The notes below the pieces were generated by a model. The model did not search any database, was not told the origin of the DNA, and saw nothing but the letters and a program-made list of their open reading frames with translations. The translations under genes were made by a program, and so were the position numbers. From Proteromonas lacertae (lineage: Eukaryota), in assembly GCA_002245135.1 (NCBI GenBank), contig NGBS01000316.1, positions 1-64,000 of the forward strand: DNA of 64,000 nucleotides, written 5' to 3'. Of this stretch, positions 37,501-51,883 are shown piece after piece; the stretch's first letter is position 1; every line of letters starts with the position of its first letter.

Positions 37501-40500
37501 TTAGTAAAAGGTGAAATAAAATCATTAATTCGTAGTTACTATATCGCATTGTTATTACCATTAACAGGTGTGTATGCTGTTGATCCTATTACATATGAAG
37601 AAGTAATTACCGCCGTAGCAAAATACATCAATGATGTTGGAGGATTTAACCAAATATATGTTAGTTATATAGTGTTTGATACGAAATCAACAGAAGAAGG
37701 AACTAATAGAGTATTTGATATTTTAGAAATACAAAAGGAAAATATTACCACTTTTATAGGTTGTATTGATCCAATATGTCAAAAAATTGCTAAAGAGAGA
37801 TTGGAAGACAAACATTTCATTTGGATGCCATCTGTATCATCAGGTCAACAATGTAGTAGTAAATTCTTTGTAACAGGAGCTGTTCCTAATCAATATGTAA
37901 CTGCTATTAAAGATTATATGATTGGAGTTAGTTCAGCAAAATATGCATATTTCTTATATGATGATTTTGATCAATATAAAATACTAAGTGAAATTGTTAT
38001 AGCTACATTGAAAGGATATTATACTTTTCTTAATCCCTTGGTATTATCAGATGGTCAAATATTAAAAGCAGCAAATATTACTGATATAGTATCAAAGCTT
38101 CCAAATGGAGGATTGATATTTTCAATTGTTTCAGCTAATAATTTCCAATTATTAGTTAATGGTGTATTGTCAAGAGTAGTAAATCCAAAGAATTATTACA
38201 TTATTCCATTGAATTTAGAAGATAGTGATATAAAGCCATTAATAACAGATATTGCATATTTACAACAAATAATTTTCTATCAAACTTATTATAAACCCAT
38301 GAAAGAAAATCTATATTCGTTAAAGAACTTATTGTATAATTATGTCAGAGAAACAGCAGTGTCAAGTTTAAGTGATAATGTTTATACAGCCTTAATGTTT
38401 TGGTATAATGCTGTTATGGAACTAAAAGAAACTGATATGACTAAAATGTACAGTTATCTCTATAATGTTCAAATTGAAACTGATTCTGGCGTTGTACAAA
38501 TGTATACAAATCACCATACATCAAAATATATATTCTTATTCCGATATGATTCTAATGGTAATAGACAATTATTGAAGAGCAGTTCCTATCCATTAGTGCC
38601 AAATCCATACAGTTGGGCATTGGAAGATACATATGGTAAAGTATGTAATCATAATGTAACAGATGGTGAAAATGTACAATCTCATATTATAAAGATTATA
38701 TTAGGTATATCATTAACAGGTATTTATGCAGATAGTGATAAAGGTATTAGTGATGCATTCACATTAGTTTTAGATGCAATTAATAATCAGAATCCATTGT
38801 TAGATAGTCAAATAGAATTGTTATTAGTTGATATTCAAGAAGATTCGTCAGCATGTTATTCTGCATTAACCAAAGAGATTGTTCCTGAAGTATCTGCTTT
38901 ATTCACAACTGGTGATGCTGAATGTCGTGAATTATTATCGACACAATTGGTAGAGAATGAAGTGTTGTTATTTGCATTGAATAATGTTGCAGGTGAAACA
39001 TCTAATTCACATATGATTATGGCAACTCCAGATCCATCCATCTTTAGATATTACATACCTTATTTATTAGCATCACCAGTACATCAATATTCCATTATTG
39101 CTGTTAATACTGATACAGGCAAAATATTCTCAGAATATTTCAATGCATTGATTACAAATAACGGTGGTAATGTGTATGTATCAGTTACAGTTCCAATTAC
39201 AGTTACAGATGTTAGTTCAATTATTGATAATATTATTAATCAAATGTCAACAGGTATTATATTCTTAATTGTTCCAGAATCAATTGTTATATTGTTTGAT
39301 AAAGCTTTAACAGCTAAAGGTGTTGATCCATTTGCTTATAAAATCTATTCACTAATGGCAGGTGAGGAAATAACAAGTAAAGTAAATAATGCATATATTA
39401 TATTAAGAACTACATTCTCAGTAATGAGTAATACTAAATTAGATATGTTTAAAGAAGAAATTGAGCCATTATTAGGTGAGAACGTTCCAGTTAGTCAACC
39501 AATTCAATTAGCTTATACATTTTTGAATTTCTATTGTGGTGCTGTTAGAAATACAAATTCATTAAATACAGACAAATTATTGAATTATATGTATGAAAAT
39601 AATTATGAATCAATGATAGGAGATGTTCAATTAGATACTAATAATATGTTCCCTTTCACACTTCGTGGATATTATACAGTTGAAGATCAAATTATTTATG
39701 AATCTAATAAACCAATCGATCCAACACCCTGGAAGAGAGAATTGAATGGTGGTTTATATACTTGTGATTTCAGTAATAGTGAGATAGGAGATAAATATTT
39801 ACAACCATCCTTAAGAATTGGTGTTATTTTCCTTTTGCATGGTACTACAGTTAATCCAAATAAATATGATAATTTGTATATTAATGCTGCTCTGTATGGA
39901 TTTGATGCAATTAATAATGCCGGTGGATTACATGGTCAATATATTGATCCAGTGTTATTAGTAGTAAAAGGTGGTATTAATGATTTTAAAACACAAGCAG
40001 TGAATACATTCTCATTATTAACTACAAAGTATATGGTTGGTGGTGTAACTGATGAAGAATTAGAAGTAGCTATTGAATTGTCTAATAAGTATCAGAAGTA
40101 TTGGCTTTTCCCTGGTAAAACAGTTGGTTCTACTTGTCCTGAATTTGTTCTATTTAGTTATCCACCTCCAAACTTAGTTGTTGGTGCTGCTTTAAAAGCT
40201 ACTATGCGTTTTGGTTTATTTAAATTGGCATTAATTAGTGATTTAACAAGTGTTTCTAAAGCTTATACTAATGTAATTAGTTCAATATATGCAAGATTAG
40301 CTAAAACAATGATTGTTTATTATTACACAGTGAATAATACAAATATTGATGATATTGTTAGTGATATTAAATTACATTCTAATGATTTAAAAGGTATAGT
40401 AACAACAAGTGATGTTAGTAGAAGTGAAAGTGTTGAATTATTACAGAAATTATATGATAATGGTATTGATGGAACAAAGTTCATATATGTGCATACAAAT

Positions 40501-43438
40501 GCTGATGAGAATATTGTAAATACCTCCAATGAAGAAATACTTGAGAATCATTATATTATCACATCATTCTCAGAAAGTTTCAGTAATCCAAACGATATTG
40601 CATACAATTCACTAGCTGATGATTTCATAAAGAATATAGAATTGAGAAATGGAAAAAGTAAAAAGATAGATCCAATAATGGAAGGTGTGTATAGTACAGA
40701 ATTACTATGGAAAGATACAGTAGATAGAGTTTATAACTATGAAATTAAAGATATTAAAGATAATTTATACAGGAGAGAAGTATCTACACCATCAGGAACA
40801 ATGAAATTGAACGCTAATAATTATGTCGATAGAATTATTTATGTTCTACAATACAAAGCTAAAGAATTTAAGACAGTTTATATGACTGATAGTCCTTCAA
40901 CCGCAAATCCATATAATCAATACGATCCAACTGAATTAGGTTATATTTGTGACTGGTCTTCAACAGGTAAAGGTGCTAAATATAGAAGAAATGTAAAATG
41001 GATAAATATTGTAATTGAAGGAGATAAACATTTAGTTGTTAATTCATTTTTATCTTGGCATTTACTAGGTTCTGCAATTGACAAGATTAATAATGGTGGA
41101 TCTAATTTAGATTATTATTATGCTTATTATACAACAGTGGTTTATCCAAATACAAATACATCAGATATTGAAATAGAGAAAGGTTTTGAAGCTTATAAAC
41201 CAGTATTAATTATAGGTTGTATGGAAGTGGAATGTCTTGTATATTTTATTAATTTATATATATATATATATATATATAGACATGGATGTCAGAGAAAATG
41301 AATAAAGTAGATGCGTTGTTCTTATATATAGGTCAATCCTATAAATCAGTATGTAACAATAGAGTGTTTTATCTTGGAACAACTCCATACCAGAAATTAA
41401 CTACCTCATTAAGTTATGCTGAAAAGAGTACTGTATCTTTATTCTATATTTTGTGTAAAAATACTGAAGAGTATATAATATAATATATATATTTATCATT
41501 ATTTTTAATAAATAGTGCTCAACTTGAAATACAACCATTCTTAGATGAATTAACATATTCAAATATTTGGACACTTATAGGTATTGCTAGATTTGAAGAT
41601 TCTTCAACCAATAATGATTTTGAATCAACCTTAACCACAATCCTCAGTAAAACAAAGGGAGTTACTTGCATATGTATATATTTTTTATTATTTTATTATT
41701 CATGAATAGTACTGAATTTCTTAAAAGGTAATTTAGGAGTTAAATTTAGTAAGTTTTATTATTCATCAGACACAGATAGATCAACTTATATAATGTTATA
41801 TATGAACTATGATGAAAGTGATTATAGAGAAATGAAAATATCAGCATTAAGTAGTGCTACATTTGTGTCATCCTATTCTAAAGGTTTGACAAGTGGTCAA
41901 TCAACAGCATTTGAATCTTTCAATTCAAAGAGAATTGGTTATGACTCTGAATTAACAGACAATTTAGAAGCAGTCTACATTGCTATGACAATATATGGAT
42001 TGGGTCTAACAAAAGCGTCAGCCTTTACAGGAAAAAAATGGCCAGGAAATGATTATTTAAGATTAGCATTAGTTGGAATATCAGCAGAAACACCATCAGG
42101 TAATATTGTAGTAGAAAACAATAATTTTGTAAGTAGAGATATGAGAGTGTTTATTATCTCACAATATGGAGATTACAGTCAGATTTATCCATCCAGTACA
42201 ACTACATTACATATGTCACCTTGGTCAAATACATCAACCGAATGTCTTAATGTAAAAGAAGATACATATCATACAATTCAACCATTAGTAATTACTGTAA
42301 CATCAGTTCTTGCATTTGCAAACTTGTTGTTATTATGTCTAACATTATTCTTATTAGTAAAACATAGAGATCATAGATTATTCAGAGCATTTACAACAGA
42401 ACATAACTATCCAATTTTAGTAGCTTTACTGTTGTTTATGGCATTTCCATATTTGTTATTCCCACCTAATGAAGATAATGCAGATTTCCTATGTAAATTC
42501 AGAGTTATTTATGCTTCATTCTCAATGATATTGTTGTTAGCTTCAATGTCACATAAAACATTTAAGATTATGACACATGCAAAGAAAGGAAGAGTTCGAA
42601 AATTACCAATTCCTTTGTTAGAAACTGGTTTGATCTTTTTAGGTGATATTGTCATTGATATGATTTATGTAACAATATGGTTGGTAGTATCACCTCCTGA
42701 ATATGAAGTCGTGTTATATGAAGAAGGATCTACTTATTTCATTAATCAATGGGTTAAAAGATGTAGTACAAATAATTGGGGAATTGTCAATATTGGTTTA
42801 ATAGATTTTTGTTGGTTAATTACATTCTTTGTATCTTATTATTACAGAACAGCTGGAAATCGTTATGGTGATACATTGAGTCAAGCATTAGCAAATGGTG
42901 TAATTACATTTATAGGTGTTGCTGTTGCTATTTGTGGACAATATGTTACTAATGATCCAACATTGAATGATGGTTTAGTAATGATTGGTACTGAAGTTGC
43001 TGTTTTACTAACATTCTGTACATTACTTGGACCTAAAGTGTGGAAGATAGTAACAAAAGAAGGAATATTAAGTACAACTTCATCAGATTCTAGTTATGGA
43101 TCAACCACCAAGACACATAAGAGTAGAACACATCATACTCATACTCACAGAACCCATACAAGAAACACAAAGAGTCATAATACGAAAGCAAATAACACAA
43201 AGACAAATCCAGCAAAGAATGATGTTGCTTCACCTGCTACTACTTCAACCAATCCTGTGAAAGTTGCACCAGCTCCTGATCCAGTTGCTGCTACAGCAAA
43301 ACCTAACACTACTACACTAGCTACCAAACCAACACCTTCTACACAACCTACTCCTGTTAAAGATGCTGTAGCTCCAACTAGTAATCCTGCTACTACAACT
43401 CCTGTTGAACCTGTTACAACTACACCTGTAGAGCCTGT

Positions 43439-43488
<50 letters not shown>

Positions 43489-43739
43489 AAACTACTCCTG
43501 AAACTACTCCTGAAACTGCTCCAACTGTAGATGCAACTGCTGTTGAACCAGTTACTGTTACTCCAATTGAACCTGTTGATACAACAACTGTAAATGTTGC
43601 AGATTCAACTACCCCTGCTGCTACTGCTCCTCCAGCTGAAACAGCACCTCCAACAACTGTTACTGTAGAACCTCCTGCGCCTGATCCATCTGCTGCTCCT
43701 GTTGTTACAGATGCTGTAGTTCCAATCAATGATTCTTAG
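31511..43739 (+). CDS. Giant (~3,900 aa) class C-like GPCR: about nine tandem type-I periplasmic-binding (UrtA/AmiC-like) domains, 7TM_3 domain, Pro/Thr/Ala-rich tail
   Basis: All ORFs from 31528 to 43739 join in frame through short introns. ~400-aa repeats carry IN..GG, YEG..C..NVFY.G..PNQ and TPSG.+.+..NNY motifs; seven hydrophobic helices with KHRDHRLFRA, LCKFR and HKTFKI class-C signatures. Confidence 0.85.
43440..43520 (+). repeat. GCTCCT hexamer and CCTGAAACTACT 12-mer coding repeats (APAP, PETT)
   Basis: About 8 GCTCCT units followed by 12-bp units in the GPCR cytoplasmic tail. Confidence 0.9.
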
Positions 43740-43857
43740 ATATTTAGAGAAAGGAATTCATTATTATTTTTTATTATATAAGTAATATTGTTATTGCTAT
43801 TTTGTTAATAAGAATACAACAAATCTAATATATCAGTAAAAAAATAGAAATTGGTGT

Positions 43858-46800
43858 TTAATTATCTTCTTTTCTACTTACTTTGAGAAATCTACTTATC
43901 TCATTCAATATTTGATTAAATCCATCAGCAACAGGTGGATAGAAGTAAATACTACATAATTTCAAAAAATACTTCGATCTTAACTCTCTATTCCAATGTA
44001 TGTTTGGCTCATATAATATATCAAAATAAGCATTATCCAAAAGTGAATAAGGAGAGAAATGAGCCTATAAAAATGAAGATTAATTATATAAATATATACA
44101 GATCCACCTGACAAATCTAATGAATCAAACACAGTTCCATAAAAATAATCAATCATTTTGATATCATCATTAATTTCGATTAATAACGATATATATTCAT
44201 AATATTTACCTTTCAATTCAAACTTATATTTGTGTTTTTGTGCATCAAGTTCTAATATTAATATAAACCTCTCCAAGAATGATGCTTTTTGACTCTATTA
44301 ATATATTAATAACATAAATATACATCAATCAAATTGCATGGCCATCTTATTACCAATTCTATCATTTTACACTTATCTAAAACAGTAGAGAAATTGATTT
44401 GTGAAGAATTGTGATATTCAAATGATAAATCTGATAATACACAATCACAATCACGATTATTCTCACCAATTTCATTATATAGTTGGATTATATCTGATAA
44501 ATAGGTAAAATCATAGTTGGATAATTTCATAGCTAATAGATTACAGTAAAAGATTGTAAACTATATTAAGAAATAAATTATATATATACACATTTTTGAA
44601 GTAATTCAATTTGATTGTTTGATTTTAATTCTTTACAGAATATGATTAACTCTTTTAAAAATGATTCAGACAACTACATTATAATAATAATAAATAATAA
44701 ATACATTAATAGGTAAAGAATCTGATATTAATTTTCTATCATCTTTCTCTAACAATAAATGAATCTTTCTAATCGTTAAATATGAATCATATTCTAAGAA
44801 TTTCAATAAATAACTCATTAAATCACTATTCTTCTTTATTTCTATTGAATCTGGATTAATATTAAACAATGAATCTTCTTCTTGTTGTTGTTGTGATTTT
44901 GAATTTATACGTGATAAGAATTGATAGAATCTATTCAATAGATAATAATAATATTATATTAATAATCAATACTCTGATGTTTCATGAACAACTAAGTAAG
45001 GCCAAACGGGATATAAGTTATCATTAGAACCTTCACATTCAACTTTTAACTAAACAATTAAATTATAGACAATATATTCAAATACAGTTAATTTTTTAAC
45101 ATTATTAATAGAAATACGATGACTTTCATTTGGTCTAATTGGCTGAATGGTTTTATTACTTTTATATGCAACTTCATCATCCAATAACACACTGAATGTA
45201 ATACCATTCCTTATTTCATCATTATTACTAGCAGTATTAGTATTAGATGTAGTTAATTCAATTAAATCATACTATATAATACAATAATAATAAATATATA
45301 TATAAATACAATAAAATCAAAATATGCATATTTTCCTTCTAAATCATATGTTATACTACAATAACTATCAGAATCTGGTCTCATTGATATTCCTCTAATA
45401 GATGGGAGATAAGGAATATGGACTTTCTTAATAATCTAATATAAACATAATAATAATAATAATAATATATATATATATATACTTCATCACCATCTTTAAT
45501 ATCATAACCTAAATTTGATTTAATACCAAAATTCTTTTCTTCAATAATATTCTCTTTGTTACAAATTGGTAAATTATATAAGAAGTCTATACTAACAGCA
45601 CTTGGACCTTCACAATAACATAATTCTACTGTTCTATCACTTGAAGCAGTTAAAATACATGGATATAATGTTTTACCTTCTAATTGGTTGAACAATATTA
45701 TGGGTTGACGATTTCCAGTGTTTAATGTTAAAGTTCCTTCATTCATATCTAATATGAAATTAATAACGGCATTCTTTTCAATTTTGATTTTGGATGTTTG
45801 ACTTTTCCCATTATTGTACAAATTGCCATTTGAACATTTAATCATCCACATATCATTCGTTTCAGTATAATCATTATTATTAATAGGAAATTGGCATACA
45901 CCTAATAACAAATCATTTACACTTTCTTTTACTATTTTAAATCCCCATTTCGTTATTCCATAATTAAAACCACGATTCAATATTGCATAACTATAAGTAT
46001 CAACTGTTGATAATACTTCAGTGTTGTTATTGCTACAAACCATATCTATACTACTGTATAATGGATTAAAGGCAAATGTATTTGATTTCATTGAACGTAG
46101 TGATAATTCTTGTAATGAAGATATATCATCATTTGATTTAATTTCATTATAATATTCTATTAATAATTGTTTATAAGTGTTTGGCTCGTTTGTGATTGGC
46201 TTGTCTGGGTTTGTGTGTAATAGTTTGATTAGTTGAAGTATGGAAGATAATTCATGTGATTTGAATGATAAATCGAATAAAGATCGTAGAATATCATCAC
46301 TCAATTCATTCTAAATATAAAATTATAATAATAGAAATATATACATAAGTATTATATCCTTTGATTAACCATCCAGCTAAATCTGATGTAATCTTTTGAT
46401 TCGATACACTATATTCACTCTTTTCATATATCTTCAAATTAGAAATTGAAGAATTTTCTTGGAAATTTCTGAAATATATTCTTATATTATCTGTTGATAC
46501 AATTCTATTAAACACGGTGAAATCAGTATTGGATTTACTAGAACTTGATAATATTCCATCATACACTACTACCCACTCTTTATCACTATATTCAGACTTC
46601 GTTCTCTCTTTCTTTTCTTCATTCACTTTTTCTTCTTTCTTTTCTTCGTTTATTTTTTCTTCTTCTTTTTCTTCACTCACTTTCATTTCTTCTTTTTTCT
46701 CTTCTTTTTCTTCAACATTTACTTTATCAACTAATGCTTTAATAATCACACTAAATTTCACATTATTTGTTTGACATTGTATAGCATATGGTCTAACAAG

Positions 46801-48150
46801 TTGTTCAAAGGAAATACCCCAAAATATGTCCTTTTTCTCATTATTATTGTTATTATCATCTTTAGATATAGAGATTATTCTAGGAGACCATCCATTTACA
46901 TCATTTAAGATTGCTCTATTTGGATTGTTTAATTGATCTTTACTACTACTGGCATATACTCGTGAGGATGATAAATATAACTTTCTAAGTGGTTCTAATG
47001 AGGATATTTGCCAATTCTGAATTGATGGATCGGAATTTGGGATTTTTCATTTGTTCAATAAATACTATTTACAATATGTATACATAATATGAAATATAAA
47101 TATTCATACTTTTATAAAATTCTGGATTAGATTCATTCTTAATCATGTTAAACAATCCTAATGATAATTCATCGCACACTTTCTCTTGAATATAGAATGT
47201 ATTGAACTTGTGCTTGTCTACTGAGGATTGATAGGTTGAATTACTTAATTCTATACCACGAAATGCAATATAACTATAAAAATATAATGATAATAGATAA
47301 TATACTTTATATCTACATTAGCACCTGATGTCTTTGGTTGTCTTCTAATTACCTTAATTAATACATATTTTCCAGTAATATGAGAACAAGGGATTGGATA
47401 GTGAAATAATTGGTCATTTGTATTATGGAAAAATAACACTGGTTTTAATGGATCTCTTCTTTGATTTATCAAGTGAGATGGATTGTCTTTATAATGCAAT
47501 ATAAAATTACGAATATTTGGAAAACACTTTCTGCATGTTTTACATATGTTCAGGATTGACATTTTCTTGTTGATTATCATAATTCAATGAACTAAGTGGT
47601 GTCTGCTTTAATTCTTCAAGATTCTTTCCTCTAAATAGTAAATTTACTGTTTTTTCATTGGTATAATTGTATAGTAAAGCATCTTTTTCTTTTAAATAGT
47701 TGGCATTTGTTTCATCTAATTGTACAAACTTATCTATGTACTTTTCTAATGTATAATCATCATAACATGCGAAACAAGAGGGATCTGGATAATCATCAGT
47801 TACAAAAACCATTCCATCAGCAATTGGTGCTGTAAAACGAGAAGGATCAGGTGATCTTACAATTACCTATGCAAAAGCAGAATATAACATTTCTCTTAGA
47901 TATAAATACTTCTGTAAGTAAAAATGGATTACTTGTTGTTAATTGGAATAGAATGGTGAAATTTCCTGCTTTTTTAGAACACTAAAAATAAAATTGATAA
48001 TATTACATATGATTCATTGTTATCTTTGAGTAGGTTAGTAACTTTGTAATCTGCACCATCTTCTTCACCGTCACAAAATGGAATATCCATTGAAAGGTAG
48101 GTGATTTCATCTATGCAATAAAATTAAATAAAATTACTGTTAGAAGCCAT
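43858..48150 (-). CDS. Large multidomain protein (galactose-binding/discoidin-like, C2H2-like finger, SPRY, NPCBM-like); two apparent frameshifts
   Basis: Start MASN.EITYLSMDIPFCDG; CKTCRKCFPNIRNFILHY....H finger; SPRY AILNRGF..GITKWGFKI..LLGV...GKTLYPCI; NPCBM-like CSITYDLEGKYAYFDF. Frame breaks near 47545 and 47040. Confidence 0.65.
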
Positions 48151-48211
48151 TAACAGAATATTTTACTTTAATACAGTTAATACAACCTAATACACTTCTC
48201 AACGTATTCAG

Positions 48212-50845
48212 ATGTTTTTTTCTTTTATATTTGCTCTATTAATAAGTTATACAGCTCTTTGTCAAGATTATGTATTTCCCAAGTATCCAGCAATGCAAAG
48301 TAAGAAATTTTAGATTATAATTTTTAGTTAATTGGTCATTTAACCTAGGTCATGATGGATGGATCAATTTACCTTATGATAAATCTGGAATTGCTTTATC
48401 TTATAAGATTGGATTTTTAAGAGGAGATATATTAAACTTAACTCCATATTTCGAATCACCGCCATTTGAAATGATCGAGCCATATCCAGCATCTATTGCA
48501 ATTCGTATGAGTTATTCTGTTGGAGCAAATGTAACACAAGGTCAATTAGATATTCAAATTGATCCTAATGATGTTAACAAAACACTAAGTTATCAATTTC
48601 CAATAAATCCTGATGGAGATTTCCATCTATATACAATACCGTTAGAATATAGTGGTCCATTTTATAAGTTGAGGTTTTATCCTGCCATTAAAACAAATGA
48701 TAAGTATAATGATTTATTTATTTATTGTATTGAAATAGTGATGGCCCATCTCCCAATCAAATGATATATATTGATTTTGTTACAGTATATAGAAATCCAG
48801 TAATAGAGCATGTAGAAGGATGTTCAAATAATAGAACAATAGTAATAAGTGACAATAACACGTTTGATGATGGATTTGATGATCAAAAAATAGCAGGAAA
48901 TTACACACGAACTTACAATTGTTTAAGAACAGGTGGAGAAGTAATAACCATAAAAGGTAAATATTTGGGTAATGAAAATAGTCGAGTTTTGCTTGGTGAT
49001 TATGAATGTAAGAATGTAGTGACATTAGTGGCTGATGAAATAATACAATGTACTGTTCCACCAGGTATTGGTGAGAATTTAACAGTGAAAGTATTAAATG
49101 GCGAAGATTATGATGTGATTGGAAATATAACAAAAGGATTTTCATATCAACATGAGATTCTAAATTTAACTAAACCTTTGATATTTAATATTAATTCAAG
49201 AGCTGTTGATGTGAAATGGGAATATGGATCATATTATGAAAATGTATATATATAATATATTATTATGTTTTATTATAGTTGGCTACAACTGGATATAAGA
49301 TTCATTATGAAGAAATGGAAAAAACAGATGAATGTTTTGAATTAACAAAATACTTCTATCAACCTGTTCCTGATACTGAAAAAGAAAATTGTAAAAGATT
49401 AAAAGGAGGAGATATTAGTGATATTATAGTAACAAATGTAACACAAACAACAATCACTAATTTAAAAGAAGATACAATTTATTATTTATCGATATATTCA
49501 ATATCTGAAGATCAAACGTTTAGTAATATCACATTCTTTGGTGATTTATATAATCATAGAAAATTAGGAGATTCTCCAGTATTTGGATATGAATCAAATC
49601 CAATATACTTTAAGACATTGTTATGGGATATAAACTATAATAATTTCACAGCAAATAATACAATGAATTATGGAAGTTTAGATGAAAGAAATATCAAAGG
49701 AATATTGGAAGATATAGGTGGAAGTGGTAATTATGGTTTAATCTTGATTGGTGATAGTCAAATAGAGAATTGTAATGATTCAAGCACTTGTTGTGATGAT
49801 TATGATGAAAGTACAAAAACATGTAAATATATGTGTGGTAAGAATGGATTAGTTGGAAGAAAATCATACGATTTAACCAGTTCATATGATAATCAATATG
49901 GAGACAATGAAACTTTATATAATTTCTTACATTATAATGGTTTATTAGTTGGTAATTCTGAAATATTTCCTCAAGAACCAATGAGACAATGTGGTACAAC
50001 ATTGAGACTTACGACAAATACTTCGTTTCAAAATGGAATTGTTTATTATAACCAAAAAGTTCATATTCGTGAAGGTTTTGAAACAGATTTTACATTCAAA
50101 ATACATAGTAATTCTAATAATTGTAGAGCTCAGAATGGAATAAATACATTTTGTAGAAATCAACCAGGTGATGGATTTACATTTATTATTCAAAATAGTG
50201 ATAATAAATTCGTTAAAAGTGGTAAAAGATATAACAATTTGGGCTATGAAGGTATTAATAACTCAATAGTCATTGAATTTGATACAAATTATAACGATGA
50301 AGATTTAGATCCATATGAAAATCATATATCTGTTCATACAAATGGTATTTATGCTAATACAGCTAATCATACAGCTTCAGTTGGTTTTACAACGAAGATT
50401 CCAGAATTAACACAAAATATACATCATGTGTTTATTAAATACAAATCACAAGTATCAAAATTTGATGAGGATATAATTTATAATGATAATTTTATGTCTA
50501 ATTCGAAGATAATGGAGTTTTTAGAAGGTGGAGATTATGAGAATGGTGGAAATCCTACTTTTTATGATGGAATGGGATTATTAACAATGTATTATATTAA
50601 TTTTTATTATTTTGTAGTGCTATTGATAATGAACTTGATCCTGTGCTTATTATACCAATTAATATAGAAAGAACAATTAATTTAGATAATGGAAAAGCAT
50701 ATGTTGGTTTTACTGCCTCAACTAGTCCCAAGTTTTATGAAGTATTTCTTTATTTGTTTATATATATTTATTTATTTAGACACATGATATTCTTGATTGG
50801 CATTTTAGATCTACTCGTTACAGCCTTCCTTATTATGAAAATTAA
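48212..50845 (+). CDS. Secreted protein with IPT/TIG, FN3 and legume (L-type) lectin domains
   Basis: Signal peptide MFFSFIFALLISYTALC; GGEVITIKGKYLG...IQCTVPPG (IPT); TITNLKEDTIYYLSI (FN3); GFETDFTF, GDGFTFIIQ, IVIEFDT, AYVGFTAST (L-lectin). Confidence 0.85.
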
Positions 50846-50959
50846 TAAATCTATCCATATTAATTAATTTATTTTGAATTATATATATTTAAATATATTG
50901 TATTGCTTATAAAAAAGAAAAGAAAAGAATTAGGAAACGATCAAAATTTTAAGAACAAT

Positions 50960-51722
50960 ATGAATTTTGAAGAAAATAAAAGCAAATGTATGGAATTGAT
51001 GAGTAAAAGAGATAACATAGAGCAGAGAATCACATTTTTAACATCTTTTCTAACATCACCGGGTATATCAACTAAATCTGATATTTAGGACCAAACGGTG
51101 AACCTCCTCCAGGAATTAAAGAAAGTTTGGTTGATAAAGAAGGGTATCCAAGAGCAGATCTTGATTTATATGATGTATTCTATTTTTCTATTAATATTTC
51201 AGATAAGAGAAAAAAGACATGAACTAAATTGCTTGCAACATGACTACTTGGAGATAATGAAACAAATAGAAATATTATTACAAAAAGTATCTCATTCTGT
51301 GTTTAAATAAATATAGATTTATCCTACATCATCAGATAATAAAGAAAGCAATATACCAAATGCACCATCCATTGATAAATTGTCTATTTCAAAAAGCAAC
51401 ATGGAAGAGGATCTTCAACCTTTTGCTAAAATTGATGAAGTGATGGAAAAATCACCAGCAGAAAAATGTGGGTTGAAAATAGGTGATAAATTATTAAAAT
51501 TTGGATCAGTGACATACAAAAATCATAGAAATCTACAGGCAGTAGCTGATGTTGTGATGAATAATTTGAATAATAAAGTAAATGTGATTGTAAAAAGGGA
51601 AGGAATGACTGAAAATATGCTTTTAGACTTAATTCCACAAATCTGGGATGGAAAAGGTTATTTGGGGTATATTCTTACGAATTTCATATATTTTTAATAG
51701 CTGTCACTTGGTTCCTGCTTAG
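50960..51722 (+). CDS. PSMD9: 26S proteasome assembly chaperone p27/Nas2 (PDZ domain)
   Basis: LVDKEGYPRADLDL, IREKRHELNCLQHD, PFAKIDEV..SPAEKCGL..GD, LIPQIWDGKGYLGCHL. Confidence 0.95.
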
Positions 51723-51883
51723 AAGATGCATTTTCGTTAATTATTTATTATTATTATACTGTTTTGAATGAGTAAAAAATAACCAACAGAAAATTTGAAC
51801 ATGGTGTATAAAAACAACGAAAATTTCATTCCAAAAATGACAAACATTTTGAAACGACACTCATTTTAATATTTCTTTTATTT

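Noticed and set aside
43175..43729. 184-aa antisense Gly/Ala/Val ORF and similar shadow ORFs (15852-16043, 19396-19997, 30152-30496, 46517-46774)
   Set aside because: Reverse-strand reflections of low-complexity or codon-biased coding sequence.
47530..47545. 13-nt GT-AG micro-intron that would repair a frameshift
   Set aside because: It would delete the CxxC of the zinc-finger-like motif and is far shorter than other introns here; an indel is more plausible.
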